A DNA stretch of 62,631 bases, the filler included, from Kipferlia bialata (Eukaryota): the NCBI GenBank assembly GCA_003568945.1. It is 5 parts of 5 records of this genome, joined end to end, with 100 filler letters (N's around TTAATTAATTAA, not from the genome) between each part and the next. Parts side by side here need not be neighbours in the genome. Positions count along the whole stretch, not along the records: positions 45,017 to 55,953 come from BDIP01000535.1; positions 56,054 to 62,631 come from BDIP01000539.1; 3 more parts are not named here. One strand, given 5' to 3'. Below the pieces are notes generated by a model, which had not been told where the DNA came from, did not search any database, and was given only the letters and a program-made list of their open reading frames with translations. Shown piece by piece: positions 54,329 through 62,631 of the stretch. The position numbers and the translations under genes are program-made. The first letter of the stretch is position 1; every line of letters starts with the position of its first letter.

Positions 54329-55097
54329 ATGCTCGTAATCTGCCTTGAGGGATGCCACGGTATGTATATTGGTGTATTATGCTCGTGTGTCAATGCTCGT
54401 GCTCACCATCAGGTGCTGGAAAGAGCCAGCTGATTGAGTCGTTCAAGTCGACCTATGGTGAGGACACTGTGCTCGACGAGGCCTTCATGGACATGGAGTC
54501 ATGGGCCCTGGAGCCCCAGACCCTCACAATGGAGCTCAGATGGGTGTCCCAGTGGTTCACTCGTCTGTTGAAGCTGAAGGAGCAGCTGGGAGACGACGCA
54601 CACAAGCAGATCTTCTTCGCCGACCGCTCCCCATACTCTGCTGTGTTCTACTCCCGCACCAGCCAGGTGAACAGGGACGCCCTGCAGACTGTCATTGCCG
54701 GGCAGATCGACGAGATCAGGACCAAGAGCAACATCCACGTCGTCACCGTGCACCTCTCCTGCGAGCCCGACGCCCTCTGGGCCAGGATCCAGGAGCGCCT
54801 CACCAGGGAGCCCTTCAGAAGACAATACATGGAGCACAAGGTTCGTATCTGTGTTGAATTGGTGTATTGATGCAGTTTGTAATTTGGCGCCATTTTGAAT
54901 GCTTCCATATCTCACCTCAGGTTGAGTGGATGAAGCAGACCCTCGCCTGGTACACCCAGTTTGGCGAGTGGGACATCACCATCGACAACACCACAGGGAC
55001 CGCAGGGGGTGTGCTGGTCCAGCTGGCCGGGTACCTCTCCAAGCACAACTCCCTGTCCCGCTTCAGTGACAGCCTCACTGCCACAGCCGAGGTCTAA
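54329..55097 (+). CDS. Deoxynucleoside/thymidylate kinase-like P-loop kinase, 3 exons
   Basis: MLVICLEGCHG|AGKS (Walker A), FADRSPYS and a lid-like RIQERLTRE. Confidence 0.85.
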
Positions 55098-55646
55098 CCA
55101 CCGCAGTGAGTGCAGGCAGGGTTGGCTGTGGTTGAACTGAAGGCCAGGGAGAGGTCATGAACTCCTCTAGTGCCTATTTGTGTTACTTTTGTGTGATGTT
55201 TTAAGTCTTTTATTAGCGCTTCTCTTGCGTGGTTTTGTGTGAAAGTGTTATATGTTGTGTGTTCTGTTTTGTGTATTCGGTGAATAGATGTCCATGTGTT
55301 TAGTGATGGTATCCTTGTTGTGGCCTTCGTGTCCTGGGTCCCAGATTGGATTGGGTCTTCTCTCAATTGGTAAATGTACAGATGCATATGGGCATCTCCA
55401 CACTCCAAAAGTGCAGTATACCTCAGAATGGATCAACCTCCACAAGGACAATTCTCCAAAGACAACATGAACACAGAGGCTCTAAGCGAGACTACGATGT
55501 ACACATAGCAATCTATGTTATCATTAGTCTAGTACGCTGAATGGTGATACTTGTCACACCCAAGTATACCCTGATCAGCAAACACAATACAATTCCCACA
55601 ACGCTATCGGCCTTGACACTCGGACGACCTGTGCCCATCGTGTGTG

Positions 55647-55807
55647 TCAGTCCAGCCCCTGTATGCACCCCTCGTCTGTGCGGCAGGGCAGGAGTGAGTC
55701 CAGCAGGGCAGTGCACTCTGCGGCAGGCACCACCGAGGGGGGTCTCAGGGACCGGCAGAGAAGGGCGGCCAGCAGGTGCTTGCACATGCACGTCTCTCCC
55801 CTGAGGG
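55647..55807 (-). CDS. Terminal exon of a SWIM zinc-finger protein (ZSWIM7/Sws1-like)
   Basis: LRGETCMCKHLLAALL contains the CxH end of a SWIM motif followed by a short tail. The rest is off the scaffold. Confidence 0.55.
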
Positions 55808-55953
55808 CTGGGGTCAGGACGGCATGGTGAGAGATACTAGCACCCGATAGTGCAGCAGGAAGAATGACTCATGTGGAGACAATTGATTACAACCATGACG
55901 AATCAAGAAAAGGTGGGGGGGGGGGGGGGGGGGGGGGGGAAAAAAAAACAACC

Positions 55954-56053
55954 NNNNNNNNNNNNNNNNNNNNNNNNNNNNNNNNNNNNNNNNNNNNTTA
56001 ATTAATTAANNNNNNNNNNNNNNNNNNNNNNNNNNNNNNNNNNNNNNNNNNNN
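55954..56053. other. Artificial scaffold-joining spacer
   Basis: N44-TTAATTAATTAA-N44. Confidence 0.97.
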
Positions 56054-56699
56054 CAGGAGCCCCTCCTCCTCCCTCTTGGCCTTGAGTTCCTCCCTGGAGT
56101 GGGGGGGGGGGGGGGAGGCAACATGTACACTATAGATGTCTAAACATGGATCTGACATTGCAATAAACATCAACTGGAACACTGAATCCAATAACCAACA
56201 GCCATGGGCCATAGGGTGTCACATAGGGCCAGTCTGACCTACCTCCGATTGATCCACCCTGCCTTCTCCTGGGCCAGTCTGACGTATCTACCTGACCCTC
56301 TGATGTGTGGGGACGATGCCCTAGACGCAGGGCGCTGGTCGTGCTTCTGGGTAGAGCCCATCACTGCATCATAGTCCTTGGTCACATGCTGGGCAGACCT
56401 CAGGGGCGCAGGGGAGGCTCTGGCCTTCGAAGCGGCAGTGGGGCGCGTTAGGCGGCTCACCAGACCCTGAACCTCCTTCTTGGTTAATAGGTGCTTCTCA
56501 GAAGCCTTGGATGGCTTCACAACACGCTGGTTTGAGATGGTTGGGGATTTTGGACGCCCACTTCTGATCCCTGACCCTTCCACACAACCATCCTCGAAGC
56601 CCTCTACTTCACCAGGGGTCATAACCTCCTTTTCGGTGTGCCTGGAAGCCTGGAATTGGTCCTATACCAGCTGACTCAGCCGAGGTAACTGACTGTCAT
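56054..56699 (-). CDS. Hypothetical basic/low-complexity protein, 5' fragment
   Basis: Open exon ~56649-56243 (..SRLTRPTAASKAR..) spliced to REELKAKREEEGLL. Confidence 0.55.
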
Positions 56700-56778
56700 T
56701 CAACCAAAAACACAAGGGTGTAGATCATGCAAAGTTGTCTCAGCTCTGAGACCTCTCCCTCTCTTCTTAGTCTCTATT

Positions 56779-59666
56779 ATGAGCAAGCGCACTGGGGAGC
56801 GTCTGGAGGACCTCCATAGTGTTGTCTCCAGTGCTAACCAGGCCACAGTGGAAAGGCTCACATCTGTGATAGGGAGTCTGACTGCAGGTACTGTGTTGAC
56901 TCTGATACCCCAAATCGGAGTGAGTCAACTCTTATGTGTCATATTCTCTCTCTCTCTAACCGTCCAGAGCTAAAGGCTGTGCGGCTGGATCTGGACGAGT
57001 GCCTCGGACAGAGAGACAGGTAGACCCCCCCCCCCCTACTAGCCTGTGCACTATACCTATACCTATCAATTATACCAGGTACAAGTCCAGATACCGTCGA
57101 TTACAGACCAAGCTGGATGAGGGCAGGGCTGAGGCCGCCCTGGAGGCAGCAGAGTTGGCGCAGATAGGTGTGTCTCTCATGGTCTCTCCCTCTCTCTCTC
57201 TCTCCCCTTCCCACTTCACACTCCAGGTCAGTCCCTGAAGGACACCATTGTGGAGAGAGAGAGAGAGTTCAAGCAGCTAGCCACACGCACAGAGAGAGAG
57301 GAGAAGCGGAGAAAGGTGAGTCATTCACCCTTCCACCGTCTCTCCCCTGTCCTCCCTCACCCTATCTATATGATACTATCTATATGATACTAGGCAGCTG
57401 AAGAGGAGTCCCGCATAGCCTCTGTGAGGCTCAAGGTGTCTGCCCAGGAGAAGGATGCCATGGCAGCAAGGTGGGTGGGGGGGGAGGTGGTCAGTTGTGT
57501 ATGGGATGGTGTCTAGATTGCCCCTGTTGTCCACCATATGCACTCTCTGTTCCCCTTGACCTCCCAGGACGTCAGAGGTCATAACAGAGGCAGAGATACT
57601 GCACAATGAGAACAGGTAACACGGTGTTATGTGTACATACATGTCAGCCATATCCTCTTCTCTCCGTATGAGTGCCCCCGTATCTAACCCCCAGGTCCAT
57701 CCGCACCCAGCTGCTAGAGTACAAGGCCCTTATCGCTGAGACAGACACAGAGAGCATCAGGTGGGGGTGTCTCCCTCTCTCTCGTCTCTCTCCCTGCTTA
57801 CCTCTGATGTCTTACCCCAGATACAAGATTTATGTATGTAGTATATGTAGCATATATAGACATGAGGCCCACCCCAGATACGAGAACGAGCAGCTGAGGC
57901 AGACCTGCCACCGACTCACAGCAATGATACTGGCAGCCAAGCCCAGGAACAAGGTGGGGGGGACGGGTAGTATATCAGTGATAGGCCCTTCCTTGTGTAT
58001 AATTGTTGGTACCCTCTGAACACAGGCCGTTCAGCGCTTTGTGCGCACCCTCCATAACAACGGGGTGGGGAGGGAGACACGGCGGGAGCGCACCCTGAGG
58101 GGTGGTGAGTCTGGGTCTGGGGAGTGTATGCAGGCCGATGGCACATGGACAGGCAGGGTGGAGGGGCTGCTGTACTGCATAGACCCCCGCACCGTGACAA
58201 AGACAGTGGTGTCGACACAGAGGGCACAGACAGGGAGGTGGGGGGCGGCTGAGGCACTGTAGCGCGTGTTTGTATACGTTATACATTATCACTGCCCTCA
58301 TCTATCTCACCCAGATACCCCCCCATCCCCCGAGTGGGAGAGGAGGCCGTGTGGGTACCCGTGGAGGCCTACAACATCGTGGCTGCCTTCTGCTCACAGC
58401 ACGGGGTCACGCCATCGGCAGGTGGGGTAGGATGCCACTATACTAATCGTAGTATACTGTGCACATGCTTGCTTACCGCCAGGTGGAGAGTTGGTGTCCA
58501 CCCTGATGTCTGTGTTTGAGAAGAGGGAGCAGGACATGATCACCCAGCACAGCAAGGACCTCGTCAGGTAGGGGGAGGTGTTGGTATTGTGTCGGTCGGC
58601 AAGACTGCTATATCATGGAGCTGTAGGCGTTGGTATGTGTTTCACGCCACCCTGACCCCCAGCAAGATCGATGGCGTCAAGAGGCAGCTGCAGCAGCAGA
58701 CGCCCTATGAGGCAGTGAGGGCACAGCAGGAGATCAGGAGGTGGGGGGGCGAACTGGACGGGCGACTCAATCTCTGTGTACATACTCCTGTCTACTGACA
58801 CTCACCCAGGCTCCGCTCCCAGGTCAGGGCCAGCTCCCGTGCCTCTAGCAGGTGTGGGTCGGCGTCCAGGTACAGACACGGTGTTGAGATATCATGATCT
58901 CTGTATATACCCCCCCCCCCCTCTGTGACCCCCTAGGACCAGGAGGACCAAGACCAAGCCACAGCGCAAGGCCAGGGAGACCAGACAGCAGCAGAGCGAA
59001 ATGGGCACTCTCAGCAGTGAGGTGCGGCAGCTGTCGATGCGGGTGTCTAGGATGCTGGGGGCCGGGGACATACCCACCAGTCCCACGGCCAGGGATGCCA
59101 GTAGGGTGCATGGCCTGTCCATGTCAACACTGCAGGGGGGACCCCCCTCGCCTGGGGCACCCGAGTATGTTCCCTTCATCAGTGGGTGCATGTACACTGG
59201 CAGGTGGGATAGGGTGTCGATATTGTCTGGGAGTCTCTCTCTCCCTCTCTCTCCCCCCAGGCTGTGTCTCCAGAGGGCTGAGCTCCTGAACAGCAAGTGG
59301 ACAGACGCCAGGAACACACTGATTGCAGAGGTATGTGTATAGGGCCCAGTAATATTCCACTCAACCCCCCCCCCCTCTCAACCCCAGTCCGAGGCCGCCG
59401 ACACCGACACGGACAGGGTGCGGGACAGCATCGACAGGGCTGTGGAGAGGGTGGACAGAGCAGTCAGGGGGTGCAGGGACAGCGTGAGGGGGCACCTGTC
59501 GACAGTGATGGAGGGCAGGGCCAAGCTGCCTAGATTGGAGACCGGTGACCTCGCCATGTCCGACCTGGGGACAGAGAGTGAGGGGACGGAGGAGGGGTCG
59601 CTCTCTGACTCAGAGAGTGAGGGGGAGACAGACAGCGAGGGAGAGGACAGAGAGAGCGCCTATTAG
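56779..59666 (+). CDS. Hypothetical coiled-coil protein, ~16 exons with short introns
   Basis: Continuous in-phase splicing from MSKRTGERLED to ..EGEDRESAY*. Confidence 0.75.
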
Positions 59667-59948
59667 GCTAGCTGGATCCCGTGTAACAGTGAACAGTGTG
59701 TATGTGTATGATTGTATTTAGGTGTTTCCATAAACGGAGAGAGAGGGCGATCATCAGTGTATTTAGTAGCCATCTACGTAGTATGAACTCCAAAGCGTCA
59801 ACACACGGTATATCTATTGTCTGGTCTGTATCTTATGATGCATGGAACAATCATTGATATGAACAGGGGAGAGATCAGACAGAGGGTGGAATATGATACA
59901 ATCAGAACGAGCAACACATACTAGTATGGTGGGTCATGTATATGCCTT

Positions 59949-62517
59949 CTAGTGCCCGAGGCCCAAGTAGTACTTGAGGCTCCATGCATATTCGTGGGTG
60001 CCTCCGTAGGGCATCCTCCACGTCCAGAAGAAGGAGGCATACAGACCCTGCTCCTCAAACCCTAGCAGCTGGGGGTGAGGGGGGGGGGGGTCAAGTATAC
60101 GGACAGACTGACTGTCGGTAGTGTATCAATGACTAATTTGAATACATGCATACACCCCACCTGGTTGTAGTACATCTCGTCCAGGATAGGCTTGCTGCGG
60201 CATGCGGTGTTGGACAGGTTGAGGGTGGCCAGAGAGTACTCGGTACATGCCACCATGGGCACAGTCCCATTGGCCACAAAGTATGTGTGCGTGTACTCAG
60301 CGGTGTCCCACACGATGTCGTGGATGTGGTCTAGCCCCTCAGCTGTGGCAGAGTCACTGCACTCGTAGGCACAGCTGCCATCGTAGCACCCAGAGGCAGG
60401 CCAGTCCCAGGCGTAGTAGGAGTGTACGTCCAGAACGGCCCAGTCAGCCAGCTCCTATCGCGTAAGATATGAGGGGGATAGAAGTGTTGTCATTATCGTG
60501 TAGCTACAGCAGCATGCACCTCCTCTGTGAATGTGTCGTCCATCCATATCAGCATGGCCTCGTTGGTGATGCTGTTCCCTATCAGATTGGTGTACAGCTT
60601 GGGGACATCGCTAACAAAGTTGGCAATCTTCTGTCTGGTATCAGCTAGGGGGGGACCAGTCAATTGGGACAGGTGATACGCCGATAATATAGACGCCTAT
60701 ATATCTGTGTACTAATAGGCAGACATAGAACACCCACCTGTAGATGTCTGTGGCAGACCTAAGCCATGCCTGCATGAAGTCACTCTGCCAGCCCAGACCC
60801 TGGTGTTGGGACAGGGATACTATAAGATATAATGGGTATAGAGGGAGATATAGATAGAGTACCTGGGCCGGCTCGTTCATGAGAGTGAATCCAGTGACAC
60901 CTGCGCGGGTGCTGGGGGTGAGACGCATGACATTGATTCACATGATATACACATATGTATAGACACCCACCTGGCTGGTAGGTCCAGGTACAGGTCACAC
61001 AGGTTGGTCACTATGTCGAAGCCCTGGGGTGAGGATAGAGTGGGGAGACAAGCATGTCTCTCTCTCACACACACTCCCAGTTACTTTACCTCTCCCTACA
61101 TACGCGCCCATCAGCATAACATCAAATATATATCCAGGTATAAGAGGTACTCCATCACACACTCTACCCATATGAATATGTATCCACATACACATACACA
61201 CACATATATATACAAACGTACCTGTGCCATGAGGTCGTCACTGGTGAAGAACACAGGGTCAGCGGGGAAGATGCCGTTGTAGCTGGACATCAGGGGGTGG
61301 ACAATGCAAACGCTCTAATAGTGACTGTGCAGAATGACTGGTCCCCAGTGACTGTCTGATTCTATGTCACAGCTCAAGTGACACCCCCCTCAATATAGCG
61401 TGCATACCTTCCCTCTGTACTGCCGCCTGGGAATGCATGGATGTCCAGCAGAACCTGGGTCAGGGAGACGGGTCAAGAGGAAAGATGAGGGTTATGAGAC
61501 AAGCAGAACGCACCTCGAGGCCGTTGTCGACAATGCGAGATATCTGCTCCAGGAGGTATGGCCTAGGGACGGTGACAAACTGCCTGGGTGTCAGTGGGGT
61601 AATGAGGGGGTGGACACGGAGTATATACATCTGCCCTCACTTGTCGGCGTGTGCGGGGTCTGTGATGACCACGGCCTCCTCAGCATCACACTCGTCAACC
61701 AGGGCCCACCAGCCTAGGGGTCAGGGCATGGGGGAGCTACACCGGCACACAACCTTCCTGCCACTGTGTCTGATATATGACATAGACTTATGATACCGCT
61801 GGCAGTCCTTACCTAGGGGCACCCTCACTGCCTCGATGCCTGCCAGCCTCATGAGCATCAGGTCGTCATCAGTGATGTACTCATCGCGGTGGGCCTCAAT
61901 GACCTGGGGGGAGGGGGGGGGGAGGAGAGAGATTGTGTGTTGGGACTGCGTCAGCTGAGAGAGAGAGAGAGACCCATACACATACCTCAATGGCAGAGTC
62001 CTCTCCAAACTGCTGGACAAGCTTGTAGACAAGGTCGCCCTCTCTGGTGTGAGTGACAAGGCGAGAGACAAGAGTAAGAGGGAAAGAGAGTGGGGAACGG
62101 ATCTACTTCTTCTAGAGCTAACATACAAGTAACGAAAGTGGCACATACCCGAACCAGTTCTGTCCAAATCCGTCAGGAAGCAGAGGGGGCATGACCACAC
62201 CCTGGTGTCAGTGCTACTGGGGCATCATCCCTACAGTCTCACGAATACAAATGAGGCTCTAACATAGAGAGACACAGTACCTGAGGTGTGTCGTAGAGCT
62301 CGTCCACCCTGTCAAACATGCCGAAGGAGAACATCCACTCTTCAATCAGGAGCCAGCCACTGGGATGAGGGGGATACTGGTCTTGACAAGTAACTGTAAT
62401 GACTATTTGGTCCCTATTTTGTTGAACCCACCCGAGGTTGACGCCGGATATCGTGTCATTGGAGAAGGCAACACCACACAGGGTGCAAAGCACCACAAGG
62501 AGACAGAGTAACCGCAT
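59949..62517 (-). CDS. Secreted glycoside hydrolase family 5, exo-1,3-beta-glucanase-like
   Basis: Signal peptide MRLLCLLVVLC, then GVNLG|GWLLIEEWM, AVRVPLG|WW, LLDIHAFPG, LMNEP (acid/base), LDVHSY, CTEYSLA (nucleophile) and FFWTW. Confidence 0.93.
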
Positions 62518-62631
62518 ACTGAGACTCTGTAAAGACGATATGCAAGATTGAATTGGATTGGAACACAAACTGATTGAGGAATCTATTGCTCCGCTCTGGA
62601 CCCTTAGTCAATACCGTACGAGACGTCTCAA

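Noticed and set aside
17451..56053. Recurrent TTAATTAATTAA inside N runs (four times)
   Set aside because: Identical 100-nt artificial linkers. Gene neighbourhoods across them are meaningless.

Overview
This is intron-rich eukaryotic DNA, not prokaryotic. It consists of five scaffolds joined by artificial 100-nt N44-TTAATTAATTAA-N44 spacers. The style (a branch point fused to the 3' splice site as CTNAC-x-YAG, ER/EG-repeat proteins, a kelch-like family) suggests a fornicate/metamonad protist such as Kipferlia; that assignment is inference only. By splicing exons by hand I recover about 20 genes or fragments: kinesin, a bacterial-type YdeI/OmpD-associated protein, a polytopic membrane protein, a DHHC palmitoyltransferase, a coiled-coil/LRR protein, an HA-repeat protein, a TM+MIB/HERC2 protein, three kelch-like proteins, a rifampin-phosphotransferase-like PEP-utilising enzyme, a CPSF_A-family C-terminus, a PPP phosphatase, a dNK/TMK-like kinase, a SWIM-finger exon and a GH5 exo-glucanase. 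The standout signal is pervasive 'half-exon echoes' in the long TA-rich introns. Copies upstream of an exon keep the acceptor plus the exon's 5' part, and copies downstream keep its 3' part plus the donor. These copies differ from the real exon and from each other mostly at synonymous positions.
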